This document shows, piece after piece, positions 55,413-64,000 of a stretch of DNA of 64,000 nt (position 1 is the first letter of the stretch; every line of letters begins with the position of its first letter). Below the pieces are notes generated by a model. That model saw nothing but the letters and a program-made list of their open reading frames with translations. It was not told where the DNA came from and did no database searches. A program made the translations under genes and the position numbers. Source of the DNA: Candidatus Poribacteria bacterium (GTDB lineage Bacteria; Poribacteria; WGA-4E; WGA-3G); assembly GCA_022821065.1 (NCBI GenBank), contig JAJEEK010000007.1, positions 4,487 through 68,486 on the forward strand, read 5' to 3'.

Positions 55413-55562
55413 GGTTATAAGTTGTTGGTTATAAGTTATAAGTCTGACTTGTGTTTTATCAACGGTTTCTTGTGGATACCACGACCACAATTTAGTAATT
55501 GCAGTTACAAGAATGTGTTGATAACATCCGAAGGTGACTTATAACTTATAACTTATAGTTAT
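55413..55562. repeat. Heptamer-armed long palindrome, TTATAAG variant (H6)
   Basis: ggttataagttgttggttataagttataagtc ... gacttataacttataacttatagttat. An inner inverted repeat tatcaac/gttgata is present. The right arm overlaps the stop of the next gene. Confidence 0.75.
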
Positions 55563-56161
55563 TCCTTATTTCGGATAGTGATGTTGGTGATAACATCGTC
55601 TTGTACAATACTATCAACGACATCTATTCCACTGGTGACGTTTCCGAAGATGGTGTACTCACTGTCAAGAATGGTTTCATCTCGACAGATAAAGAATTCG
55701 GATGCGTACGAGACGCTGGCACCCTCTTCTTTAGCCATAGCGACAACGCCTCTTGACATTTCCTTCGCACCGTTTTCAATCGCGAGCGTTTCGCCAGCAG
55801 CGAGTTTTGAACCTGCTTGGATGAGTAGTTCTTCTACGCGATAGAATTTCTCACCTTTGTAATACGCCACCTGCGCGTTTTTGATGAAATTCTTAGACGT
55901 TTCTGGTGCCTCGGTTGCGAGAAATTCAAATTCAATATTGCCTTTTGCCGTTTCAATAACCGCTACGGATGTCGCGGGATCGATCTGCGGTTTTGCTGCA
56001 GTTGTGGTTGTCCCAGTTCCACTGCGGCGTGCGCGTGGAGCGGGTGCTTTCCTTTCTTCTTGCGCGCAACTCAACACGAAGGTGGCAAATAGAGTTGCCA
56101 GGACCAAAAGTGCTGCAGATGCGAACTGCCGGTGTTGCTTATTCTGCTGTTGCCTTAACAT
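55559..56161 (-). CDS. Cyclophilin-type peptidyl-prolyl isomerase (divergent, lipoprotein-like signal)
   Basis: LATLFATFVLSCAQ signal. ETAKGNIEFEF...APETSKNFI...FYRV...FFIC...YTIFGNVTSGIDVVDSI. Confidence 0.7.
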   Translation of the reverse strand: MLRQQQNKQHRQFASAALLVLATLFATFVLSCAQEERKAPAPRARRSGTGTTTTAAKPQIDPATSVAVIETAKGNIEFEFLATEAPETSKNFIKNAQVAYYKGEKFYRVEELLIQAGSKLAAGETLAIENGAKEMSRGVVAMAKEEGASVSYASEFFICRDETILDSEYTIFGNVTSGIDVVDSIVQDDVITNITIRNKE

Positions 56162-56750
56162 GTTTTGACTTCGCCTCCAATCGGATTTTTGCCATGACAT
56201 CGCCCATCTCTAAGCGATCGACGACATCCATACCTTGAATTACACCGCCAAACGTGGTGTAATTGCCATCAAGATGAGGTTGGGGTTTGAAGCAAATGTA
56301 GAATTGGCTCCCGGATGAGTCTGGCGCGTTTGTTCGAGCCATCGCCACTGTGCCTCTAACATGCGGACGTTGGTTCGGATTCGTGTATTCGTCGATGATG
56401 TTCCAACCGGGACCACCTGTCCCATCACCTTTCGGACATCCGCCTTGAATGATATTCAAACCGAGATCATCAACTTTACGATGGAATGTTAAACCGTCAT
56501 AAAACTTCTGGTTGATTAACTTACTGAAATTGTCTACTGCCACCGGGGCGGCATCGGGGTAGAACTCAATGACGAATATGCCTCTATCGGTTGTAACGAC
56601 TGCAACCTGCTCTTCAGGTGTTAGGTTACTGCCAAAAGGAAGTGCGCAGCCGGTCATTAGTGTTAATAATAGAAGAAGAAACGTTGGACTTGTGTATAGC
56701 AAGCTATGGTAACCCGCACGCTGTGCTAAAAGATGGCGAATCGCTTTCAT
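56139..56750 (-). CDS. Cyclophilin-type peptidyl-prolyl isomerase (lipoprotein-like signal)
   Basis: FHRKV...IQGGCPKGDGTGGPG...GTVAMARTNAPDSSGSQFYI...GNYTTFGGVIQGMDVVDRL. Confidence 0.85.
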   Translation of the reverse strand: MKAIRHLLAQRAGYHSLLYTSPTFLLLLLTLMTGCALPFGSNLTPEEQVAVVTTDRGIFVIEFYPDAAPVAVDNFSKLINQKFYDGLTFHRKVDDLGLNIIQGGCPKGDGTGGPGWNIIDEYTNPNQRPHVRGTVAMARTNAPDSSGSQFYICFKPQPHLDGNYTTFGGVIQGMDVVDRLEMGDVMAKIRLEAKSKHVKATAE

Positions 56751-56771
56751 TGACCCTCCTTTTCTCTCCAA

Positions 56772-57524
56772 TTAGTTGGTCTTCAGGCGGCCCCAGAAGG
56801 TTGCCAATTTATCGTGTGCGTCAACAGGCAATGTGACAGGGGTCGCCATGTCCTGGAGCAGCTCATCCTTGGTTAAGGCGTAGTTATAGATTTTGACCTC
56901 ATCGAGGGCACCAGTAAGGAAACGTTGACTTGCGCCGCGGGCACCGATATAAACGGACTCATTGTTCGGTGATAATTCGCCCTTACACGGCATCTCTGAT
57001 TCAAGTTCGCCGTCAATGTAGAGTTTAATGTCGTCACCGTCCCAGGTCCCAGCGAGGAAGTGCCATTCGCCATCTTGGATACTCGGACCAATATTGTCGT
57101 CGTTACACGGCTCTGGAAGATCAAAAAATTGGAGGATCGTCCCGCCATTGTACAGTGCTGCGAGATTATATAAACCGGAGACCCAAGCGGATCCTTTCTC
57201 AACACCACTCTGGATTGCCTCACCGCCCTTGACAAGTGCCCAGAACTCAATCGTGATCGCATCAACAATATCGAGGCTTGGGCTGTCGTCAATTTCACCA
57301 GCAGTTTTTCCGTCGAACTCCATCGCTTGTCCGAAGACACCGTCAATCAGTTTTGGATTACCCTTATTAAAGATCGCGTCGTTACCAAATTCGGACAAAT
57401 CTTTTACAACGTCGCCTTCTAACGCGTCGAAGGAGAGATGCAGTACCAGATCTTGGGCACCACAGATCGCCGTAACGCTTATCAGAGCAAAGCAAAGTAC
57501 TCCAAAGATAATCTTCTGTTTCAA
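56772..57524 (-). CDS. Secreted LamG-domain protein, TTWG tail
   Basis: Signal MKQKIIFGVLCFALISVTAICGA. LamG pattern (EWHFLAGTWDGDDIKLYIDGE, LDEVKIYNYAL). Ends KLATFWGRLKTN. Confidence 0.75.
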   Translation of the reverse strand: MKQKIIFGVLCFALISVTAICGAQDLVLHLSFDALEGDVVKDLSEFGNDAIFNKGNPKLIDGVFGQAMEFDGKTAGEIDDSPSLDIVDAITIEFWALVKGGEAIQSGVEKGSAWVSGLYNLAALYNGGTILQFFDLPEPCNDDNIGPSIQDGEWHFLAGTWDGDDIKLYIDGELESEMPCKGELSPNNESVYIGARGASQRFLTGALDEVKIYNYALTKDELLQDMATPVTLPVDAHDKLATFWGRLKTN

Positions 57525-57911
57525 AATCTTGCTCCCTGAAATAGATATTTGCTTGATTTCTAAGCAATTGTTTTTCTGAGGTTCTTGCGCGGAATGGAAC
57601 AGTTGACTGGCTTGAAACCGATCGTAACCAGCAACTACCGAAGGTTAAACCGCTGTGATTTAACGGAAGAAAAGACAAGAACCCGCTAAGTAGTTATAAA
57701 TAATATAGCAAAAGTGCTAAAAAAAGTCAAAAGAAATGTTTTGCATAGTCCCTTCACCGACTCCATCTTGTAGGAGCGATCTGCTATAGAAACGATCGCC
57801 GAATATTTTTTCGATATTTTTCGTGACAAATTGAAGGCGGATTGGTATAATGAGAACGAGCGGAGTAAAACGAAGAGACAAGGTAACAACGTCTAAATAG
57901 GAAAGGAAATT

Positions 57912-59939
57912 ATGCAGAAGTTAGTGTTTGACGGGAAGCCGACGCATACGAATTCACTCGGTATGCAATTTGTACGGATTGAACCGGGAAGCTTTATAAT
58001 GGGGTCAGAGGACGCATCGCTATCAGATGAATTGACGGAAGGGAAGGCACATCTCCGCGATGGCGATTGGGATGAGAAACCGGTACATCAGGTAACGCTC
58101 ACGACACCATTTTATATCGGCATTTTTCAGGTTACCAACGCGCAGTATGCAGCGTTTGACCCGACACATCGTGAGTTGCCGAGCCTTCAGAACGTCGGTT
58201 TTTCAAAAGATGATGATGAAGCCGTCGTGTTTGTCGATTGGCACGATGCAACGCGCTTCTGCGAATGGCTCTCCAAGAAAGAGGGTTTGCCATACCGACT
58301 ACCGACCGAAGCGGAATGGGAATACGTGTGCCGTGCAGGTACGACGACGCATTTTCACACCGGCGATACCTTACCTCCTGAGTTCCATAAAAACGTTGGC
58401 GAGAGTTGGTATCCGGATGCCGGACGCAGCCGCGGTAAAGAAGAAATCATGCCGCTGCATGTCGGGCAAACGCCACCGAACGCGTGGGGCGTCTACGATA
58501 TGCACGGAAACGTTGAAGAGTGGTGCCAAGATTGGTACAGTACCTACGACCCACAACCGCAAGTTGACCCAGTCGGTGGAGAAGACGGATTGTATCGTGT
58601 TACGCGAGGTGGCAGTCATTCGACGTTGCTCTGTTATCTGCGCTCTGCAAACCGGATGGCAGCAGTCCCTGAAGATAAACACTGGTACATCGGGTTCCGA
58701 ATCGTTTGTGGCGAAATGCCGCAGACGGTGCCGACACCTGTACCGAAGGTAGCACGCTGGGGACGGGATGTCAAACAGGAACCTGCAAGTGCACCTGCAC
58801 CAGAGGCACCCTATTTCGCGGAGCCGTTGACGTTCGTTAAAATTCCAGACGGTTCAAACGGACCGCTCTTTTCAGCACATAACCACGTCCCGGCAATAAC
58901 GGAATGCCCGAACGGTGATATGTTCGCTGCGTGGTATTCATGTGTGACGGAACGCGGTCGTGAGTTGACGGTTGCCGCAAGTCGTTTGCGCTTTGGTGAA
59001 CCGGGATGGGAAGCTGCCGAACCGTTTTGGGGACCACCGGATCGGAACAATCATGCGACTTCTCTCTGGCGAAACGAGAACGGACGGATTTATCATTTTA
59101 ATGGACTCTCGGCTGCCGCAACGTGGGGACCGTTGGCTTTAGTGTTACGTCATTCCGACGATAACGGTGCGACGTGGTCAAAACCGCGCTTTATTTCGCC
59201 AGAGCATCGTCTCCGACACATGCCGATCGCCTCTGTTTTTCGGAGACAGGACGGTTCTATACTCCTCGCCTGCGATGCGGTGAGCGGGGGCAACGGCGGC
59301 ACCGCAATCTGGCTCAGCGACGATGATGCAGAGACGTGGTACGATCCAGGGACTGGACAACCGATCCCCGAATTTGATGCGGGAAAACAGGGCGGTTGGA
59401 TCGCTGGTATCCATGCCGCTGTCGTTGAACTCACCGACGGTAGACTGATGGCGTACGGGCGCGGTGATACGATTGATGGACGGATGCCGAAAAGCGTCTC
59501 GTCGGACGGTGGTCGGACATGGCACTACAGCGCAACCCAATTCCCTGTGCTTGCCGGTGGACAACGCTGCGTTCTGCTGCGACTTCAGGAAGGTCCCATT
59601 TTCTTGGCATCCTTCACAGGCGATCGGAGGGAACCGACCCCGATGCCAATCATTGACGCTTCTGGAAATGAGCGCCTCGTTACTGGACTTTTTAGTGCCT
59701 TATCTTATGACGATGGCGAAACGTGGGAACACATTCGCCCAATCACAGATGATGGAGCAGACCGAGAGATCGAAACGATGGACGGACGACACTTTACGAT
59801 GGGACTTAGCAGTGCTGAGCCGGGGGGTTACCTCGCAGTCTGCCAAGGACAGAATGGGGTCATCCATCTGATTAGCAGCCGTCTACACTATCGGTTTAAT
59901 CTGGCGTGGCTGAAAGAACCACCCCCATCAAAATTCTAA
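57912..59939 (+). CDS. FGE/SUMF1 domain fused to a BNR/sialidase-like beta-propeller domain
   Basis: N-terminal RLPTEAEWEYVCRAG, GNVEEWCQDW, RGGS. C-terminal DDNGATWS, SDDDAETW, SSDGGRTW and YDDGETW Asp-box repeats. Confidence 0.8.
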   Translation: MQKLVFDGKPTHTNSLGMQFVRIEPGSFIMGSEDASLSDELTEGKAHLRDGDWDEKPVHQVTLTTPFYIGIFQVTNAQYAAFDPTHRELPSLQNVGFSKDDDEAVVFVDWHDATRFCEWLSKKEGLPYRLPTEAEWEYVCRAGTTTHFHTGDTLPPEFHKNVGESWYPDAGRSRGKEEIMPLHVGQTPPNAWGVYDMHGNVEEWCQDWYSTYDPQPQVDPVGGEDGLYRVTRGGSHSTLLCYLRSANRMAAVPEDKHWYIGFRIVCGEMPQTVPTPVPKVARWGRDVKQEPASAPAPEAPYFAEPLTFVKIPDGSNGPLFSAHNHVPAITECPNGDMFAAWYSCVTERGRELTVAASRLRFGEPGWEAAEPFWGPPDRNNHATSLWRNENGRIYHFNGLSAAATWGPLALVLRHSDDNGATWSKPRFISPEHRLRHMPIASVFRRQDGSILLACDAVSGGNGGTAIWLSDDDAETWYDPGTGQPIPEFDAGKQGGWIAGIHAAVVELTDGRLMAYGRGDTIDGRMPKSVSSDGGRTWHYSATQFPVLAGGQRCVLLRLQEGPIFLASFTGDRREPTPMPIIDASGNERLVTGLFSALSYDDGETWEHIRPITDDGADREIETMDGRHFTMGLSSAEPGGYLAVCQGQNGVIHLISSRLHYRFNLAWLKEPPPSKF

Positions 59940-60043
59940 ATATTTTAAATAATTGGGCCCTTGTTCTGCCTTCCACTACGTTTCAGGCAGGTTTCTGATC
60001 GGTGCGAGCGGCACGCTTGGATTAACGTTGATACCAGAGGAGA

Positions 60044-60144
60044 AGTAACCAGTACCCAGTGGCCAGTAACCAGAAAAGAGGTACTCGGTTAACCTAATTT
60101 CTCTTAACTGGTAACTGGTAACTGCTACTCTGGAAACTGTTAAC
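60044..60144. repeat. Heptamer-armed hairpin element (H4)
   Basis: agtaaccagtacccagtggccagtaaccagaaaagag ... ctcttaactggtaactggtaactgctactctggaaactgttaac. Confidence 0.8.
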
Positions 60145-60158
60145 TATTTTGTCGCTAT

Positions 60159-60348
60159 GTAGCCCAAACAACGTGCCGGGCGGACATAATAAGGAGCGCA
60201 TTGTGTCATCAAACCGACTTGACGAACCGCAAGGTAAGCGTAGACAACCGTTAATATCAGAACGTAGCCCAAACAACGTGCGGAGCGGACATAAAAGGAG
60301 CGCATTGTGTCATCAAACCGACTTGATAAACCGCAAGGTAAGCTTAAA
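60159..60348 (+). repeat. Two tandem copies of an about 85-nt leader cassette (SD plus GTG plus 14 codons)
   Basis: gtagcccaaacaacgtgc(c/g)g(g/a)gcggacataa(t/a)aaggagcgcattGTGtcatcaaaccgacttga(c/t)(g/a)aaccgcaaggtaagc occurs at 60159-60239 and 60264-60348. Confidence 0.85.
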
Positions 60349-61233
60349 ATGCCTTTTTTGCATCAAGAAGTGGAAGTCAGTACAGATTTACGGGAAAGCA
60401 ACGACATCCTTGACGATCCCGATGCCCTAAAAGAACGGATCGCAGCCGATGGGTACCTCCTGATTCGTGGATTGCACGATAAAGAGGCTGTGCTCACAGC
60501 GCGTCAACAGATTCTGGAGAAACTCACAACTAAGGGGATGGTCGCGCCAGAGACACCGTTAATGGATGGAATCTTCAACCCAGAGTATCCCGAACCGACA
60601 TCAACCGGTTCGATGGGCAATAAAGCGTTGACGCAGCTGCCAGCATTCAAGGCAGTGGTTGAAGGCGCACCGGTGATGGACTTCTTCAAACGCTTCCTCG
60701 GTGGCGAAGCAAGGACGTTCGATTTCAAATGGCTCCGCACAGCAGGCCCAGGCTCAGGTTCTCCGATACATTACGATATCGTCTTTATGGGAAGAGGAAC
60801 GCAAAACCTTTACTCTTGCTGGACACCCTTCGGCGATGTATCGCTTGATATGGGACCTATTGTCTTCTGCCTCGGTTCTAACCGATTTGAGAAGGTTCGC
60901 GCCACCTACGGAAAATCGGATGTTGATCGGGATATGATTGAGGGACATTTCAGCGACGATCCACTCGAAATCGTCGCGAAATTTGGTGGGCATTGGGCGA
61001 CAACAACGTTTTCGGCAGGCGATGTTATCATTTTCAGTATGTTCCTTATGCATGCTTCCCTTGTTAACACATCAAATAAGATTCGGATAACCGCAGATAC
61101 GCGCTACCAACTTGCATCAGAACCGATTGACGAGAGATGGATCGGTGAAAAGCCGAAAGGACATTACGCCTGGAAGCAGGAAGACGCAGAGATTGAGTCT
61201 TTAGAGACATCTCGGCAGAGGTGGGGAGTCTAA
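60349..61233 (+). CDS. Phytanoyl-CoA dioxygenase (PhyH)-family Fe(II)/2OG oxygenase
   Basis: HYD facial-triad motif SPIHYDIVF, distal His in MHASLVN, and RITADTRY. An alternative start GTG 60307 inside the cassette would add VSSNRLDKPQGKLK. Confidence 0.75.
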   Translation: MPFLHQEVEVSTDLRESNDILDDPDALKERIAADGYLLIRGLHDKEAVLTARQQILEKLTTKGMVAPETPLMDGIFNPEYPEPTSTGSMGNKALTQLPAFKAVVEGAPVMDFFKRFLGGEARTFDFKWLRTAGPGSGSPIHYDIVFMGRGTQNLYSCWTPFGDVSLDMGPIVFCLGSNRFEKVRATYGKSDVDRDMIEGHFSDDPLEIVAKFGGHWATTTFSAGDVIIFSMFLMHASLVNTSNKIRITADTRYQLASEPIDERWIGEKPKGHYAWKQEDAEIESLETSRQRWGV

Positions 61234-61265
61234 CGTTTTGTAATGCTATTATGAATAGGACTAAG

Positions 61266-61360
61266 GAGTAGCCAGTAAACAGTGGACAGTAGCCAGTTAA
61301 GAGGTGTGCGGATAACACAATATCTCTTTTCTGGAAACTGGTAACTGGAAACTGGTAACT
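61266..61360. repeat. Heptamer-armed hairpin element (H5)
   Basis: gagtagccagtaaacagtggacagtagccagttaagag ... ctcttttctggaaactggtaactggaaactggtaact. Confidence 0.8.
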
Positions 61361-61382
61361 TGAAAAATATGAACAGGGAAAC

Positions 61383-61469
61383 GTAGCCCAAACAACGTGC
61401 GGGGCGGACATAATAAGGAGCACATTGTGTCATCAAACCGACTTGATAAACCGCAAGGTAAGCTTAAAA
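61383..61469 (+). repeat. Leader cassette, third copy (supplies the start of the PLD gene)
   Basis: gtagcccaaacaacgtgcggggcggacataataaggagcacattGTGtcatcaaaccgacttgataaaccgcaaggtaagcttaaaaa. Confidence 0.85.
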
Positions 61470-62494
61470 AGTTTTTACCTTTCATTCTCATTTTGATATG
61501 CGCTGTCGCAGTCGGATTCGGGATAAGGTATTACAAGAATAGACCGCAACCGACGATTGAGGCGGCGTGGGAGGTCTACTTCAGTGAAGTCGGCGCGGTT
61601 GACAGTCCGTATTCTCTGGAGAAACGGCTTGTTCGTAGGATCGGTGCTGCTCAGGAGCGAGTTGATGCGGCACTCTATGATTTAGACGCCGCTCCGATAG
61701 CCGATGCGCTAATAGAAGCCTATAACCGTGGCGTGCGGGTGCGAATCGTCACAGAAGCGGATAATAGTGATGACTCCGAAATTGAACGGTTGCAAGAAGT
61801 CGGAATTCCTGTCGTTGACGACGGTGACAATGAGGGGTATATGCATCACAAGTTCATCGTGATTGATGAGCGGTACGTCTGGACGGGTTCTTATAACACC
61901 ACCTATAACGGCGCGTATAAGAACAGTAATAACGTTATACTCATCGATTCAGCACAACTGGCGTACAATTTTACACAGGAGTTCCGGGAATTGTTTCTTG
62001 CTGCACAGGTTGGAAAACCTTTCGGCGCGTTTGTCGCATATCCGAAAATAGCATTAGGCGATGGAACAGAGATTGCCACCTATTTCTCACCAGGAGGAAA
62101 CACGATCTCGCCACTGGTTAAGGAAATCATGTCAGCGGAGCAGTCAATCCATTTTATGGCGTTTTCGTTTACACACGATGCGCTCGGGAGTGCGATGCGG
62201 GCCCGCTTCAAATCCGGTATCGATGTTCGCGGTGTGTTTGAAGAGCGGCAAGCCAATAACGAATATTCTGAATATGAGGCGATGAAGAAAGCGGGGTTGC
62301 CTGTCGTTTTGGATAAAAACAGAGGGGCTATGCATCACAAGGTGATCGTTATTGATCGAGAGACAGTGATTACGGGGTCCTATAACTTTTCTAAAAACGC
62401 CGAAAAACGGAATAACGAGAACCTGTTGATTATCAAGCGGAATAGCGAGATTGCAGCGGCATACCTCGCCGAATTCGCGAAAATCACGCGTTAG
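61427..62494 (+). CDS. Phospholipase D/nuclease-family protein (two HKD motifs), membrane anchored
   Basis: aaggag plus 6 nt then GTG 61427. VSSNRLDKPQGKLK then TM segment FLPFILILICAVAVGFG. HKD motifs are MHHKFIVIDERYVWTGSYN and MHHKVIVIDRETVITGSYN. Confidence 0.8.
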   Translation: MSSNRLDKPQGKLKKFLPFILILICAVAVGFGIRYYKNRPQPTIEAAWEVYFSEVGAVDSPYSLEKRLVRRIGAAQERVDAALYDLDAAPIADALIEAYNRGVRVRIVTEADNSDDSEIERLQEVGIPVVDDGDNEGYMHHKFIVIDERYVWTGSYNTTYNGAYKNSNNVILIDSAQLAYNFTQEFRELFLAAQVGKPFGAFVAYPKIALGDGTEIATYFSPGGNTISPLVKEIMSAEQSIHFMAFSFTHDALGSAMRARFKSGIDVRGVFEERQANNEYSEYEAMKKAGLPVVLDKNRGAMHHKVIVIDRETVITGSYNFSKNAEKRNNENLLIIKRNSEIAAAYLAEFAKITR

Positions 62495-62499
62495 GTATG

Positions 62500-63573
62500 C
62501 TACGGTCTCTCACCTAATATGACCGTCCGATATTGCTGCGTACCGTTTCTATAGATTTTGAGATGAACCTTTGTTTTAGGGCGTTCACTTGCAACGCATC
62601 TTAATAGTTCATGATAGGAGCGGACAGGCACTTCGTTAAATTCGAGGATAAAATCTCTCGGTAAAATTTCACTTTTGTGTGCCGGGCTACCCTCCATGAC
62701 TCCGGTAACAAAAATGCCAGACTCGCTGACATCGACCTCGACACCAAGCCAACCGCGCGCCACCTTTCCGTGTTCAATGATTTCTTCGGCAACTGAATGG
62801 ACCATCTCTATCGGCATCGCGAAGGTAATCTCTGGCGATAACTCTTGGAAAAGTGTACCAGTTGATGAATTGACGCTATAAGGCGGTTCTGTCAGCACTG
62901 CCAGTATCATGCCGACAATCTCTCCTGACGTGTTAACGACTGCGCCGCCGTTGTTACCGGGCGTAACCGCAGCATTGATTTTAATCAATTTTCCACACAA
63001 TTGATCTGGTAAAGTATCCCAACCGCCAACGATACCGAAGGAGACAATCGGGCTGTGTCCGTAGGAGCTGCCCATCGTTACAACCCAAGAACCGGTATTA
63101 ATTTTTGAGGAATCTCCCCACTTCACACGGGCTGCAGTTTTAGATTTTTGCGGATGTGTGATTGCCGACGGTGCATCTGCAACTCGGAGGACTGCAATAT
63201 CGGTGAATGTATCAATACCGACGAGTTTTGCTGTAGAGACCTCTTCATTGTTAAAGATGACCTCAATCTTACTCAGGGTCTCTAATTCAAAGGTCGTTGT
63301 CACGATATGGCCATCGGGGTCAATAACGATTCCTGAACCGATGTCTTGGCGGGTAAATACCAATTTTTCTTTCTCCTGCAGCGATGGCATCGCCGTTTTC
63401 TGTGTCGCCACGACCTTGACAAGCGCAGGACGCGCATCAGCGACGACCTTCTGGAATTCTTTTTCAAGAAGTTTCAGGACACTTTCATTTGCGATACTCG
63501 GTGTGACCGCATAGAACAGTAAACTGAGCATCCCGATGATCAATTGTTGGCGTTTTGGTTCTATAATATACAT
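62500..63573 (-). CDS. HtrA/DegP-like S1C fold plus PDZ protein with degenerate catalytic triad
   Basis: GSGIVIDPDGHIVTTTFEL (expected TNxHV), DIAVLRV, TPGNNGGAVVN (expected GNSGG). PDZ domain is GWLGVEV...GSPAHKSEILPRDFILEFN. Confidence 0.75.
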   Translation of the reverse strand: MYIIEPKRQQLIIGMLSLLFYAVTPSIANESVLKLLEKEFQKVVADARPALVKVVATQKTAMPSLQEKEKLVFTRQDIGSGIVIDPDGHIVTTTFELETLSKIEVIFNNEEVSTAKLVGIDTFTDIAVLRVADAPSAITHPQKSKTAARVKWGDSSKINTGSWVVTMGSSYGHSPIVSFGIVGGWDTLPDQLCGKLIKINAAVTPGNNGGAVVNTSGEIVGMILAVLTEPPYSVNSSTGTLFQELSPEITFAMPIEMVHSVAEEIIEHGKVARGWLGVEVDVSESGIFVTGVMEGSPAHKSEILPRDFILEFNEVPVRSYHELLRCVASERPKTKVHLKIYRNGTQQYRTVILGERP

Positions 63574-63625
63574 GTTGTTACCCTTAATCGCTTATTCGCA
63601 GAATAGGCTGCTTGTCAGTTCTTTA

Positions 63626-64000
63626 TTAGAGTCCACCGCTGGTAGAAGTAGTGGTATAACTTACCTGCTTTAACATATAACGCTGCTGCATCGGTTGTGT
63701 CGGTGTTGAGATAACACTTCCTCGCAGAAGCTGATTGCTATCTCCGACGATACGTCTTGAGTGCCGGACCGGAAACACCTCAGGCGATGTCGCTACCTGT
63801 TCCGTTCGAGGTGTAGGGTCTACGGCTACTGGACGGAGGTCTTGATAAAAATAGGTGCCAGTTGCGGCGAGGATCAACGCTATAACACCACTGAGTGCCC
63901 ACTTCGGACGGCGAAATACATCAAGTAGCTGTTGCCAACCTGTTGTAACAACGTCTTTAATGCTACTGTTCTCAGGCTCTTCGGCAGCAAGCCGTTGTCG
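63626..64000 (-). CDS. Hypothetical membrane protein, partial (N-terminus outside window)
   Basis: The frame stays open to the window edge upstream of the track start. TM segment is WALSGVIALILAATGTYFY. Confidence 0.4.
   Translation of the reverse strand, partial: RQRLAAEEPENSSIKDVVTTGWQQLLDVFRRPKWALSGVIALILAATGTYFYQDLRPVAVDPTPRTEQVATSPEVFPVRHSRRIVGDSNQLLRGSVISTPTQPMQQRYMLKQVSYTTTSTSGGL

Noticed and set aside
60149-60430. 93-aa ORF spanning the two leader-cassette copies.
   Set aside because: It is generated by reading through the repeat copies in another frame and overlaps the PhyH start. It has no independent RBS or motif support.
61301-61322. Resemblance of the H5 centre (gtgtgcggataacacaat) to the lac operator.
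   Set aside because: The similarity is short and probably chance. No LacI-family gene is adjacent.
61266-61360. Apparent inversion of the central loop of H5 relative to H3, which would suggest an invertible DNA switch.
   Set aside because: The flanking junctions (ccagttaagag / ccagaaaagag) are themselves near-palindromic and vary between copies. Orientation therefore cannot be assigned reliably from two nucleotides, and no recombinase gene is nearby.
1-64000. Search by eye for tRNA-Sec (selC), selB, selD, other tRNAs or rRNAs.
   Set aside because: No cloverleaf-like or T-loop (GGTTCGAATCC-type) signature and no SelB/SelD motifs were found in any intergenic region or ORF. Absence from this window says nothing about the rest of the genome.

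Overview
64 kb chromosomal segment from a Gram-negative, probably uncultured-type bacterium. The gene content (sulfatase plus two FGE/SUMF1 genes, ASPIC/UnbV, several secreted LamG-like proteins, ECF sigma factors with membrane extensions, a TPR multiheme cytochrome, selA) looks Planctomycetota/Poribacteria-like, but that placement is speculative. Housekeeping genes I recognise are trpB, era, selA, a YifB/ComM ATPase, two cyclophilins and an AddA/UvrD-like helicase-nuclease. The most notable items follow. (1) A compact non-autonomous IS200/IS605-like element between trpB and a HEAT-repeat gene. It encodes a 341-aa HNH-less IscB relative (IsrB-type OMEGA RuvC nickase) preceded by about 240-300 nt of structured non-coding sequence (candidate omega/HEARO-like guide RNA). 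The element has its own sigma70-like promoter and matching end hairpins that show a compensatory base change. (2) A geranylgeranyl-reductase-family flavoprotein with an in-frame TGA at the conserved flavin-proximal Cys position, followed by a SECIS-like hairpin. This is a candidate selenoprotein, and selA lies in the same window. (3) A conserved C-terminal tail, K-L-[AT]-T-x-W-G-x-L-K, on five otherwise different secreted or LamG-type proteins, which may be an unrecognised sorting tag. (4) A 1936-aa single-chain UvrA-UvrA tandem fusion carrying an in-frame heptanucleotide microsatellite. (5) Several families of structured intergenic repeats: hairpins with heptamer-repeat arms, a 120-bp MITE-like element in three copies, and an 85-nt leader cassette that donates the SD, GTG start and first 14 codons to downstream genes. 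In two genes the repeats appear to encode the N-terminus or signal peptide. (6) A visibly AT-richer island encoding a 592-aa orphan protein, a 52-aa Gly/Lys-rich peptide and a beta-CASP MBL nuclease. No rRNA, tRNA or CRISPR array was recognised. All functional calls come from motif recognition by eye and have not been checked against databases.
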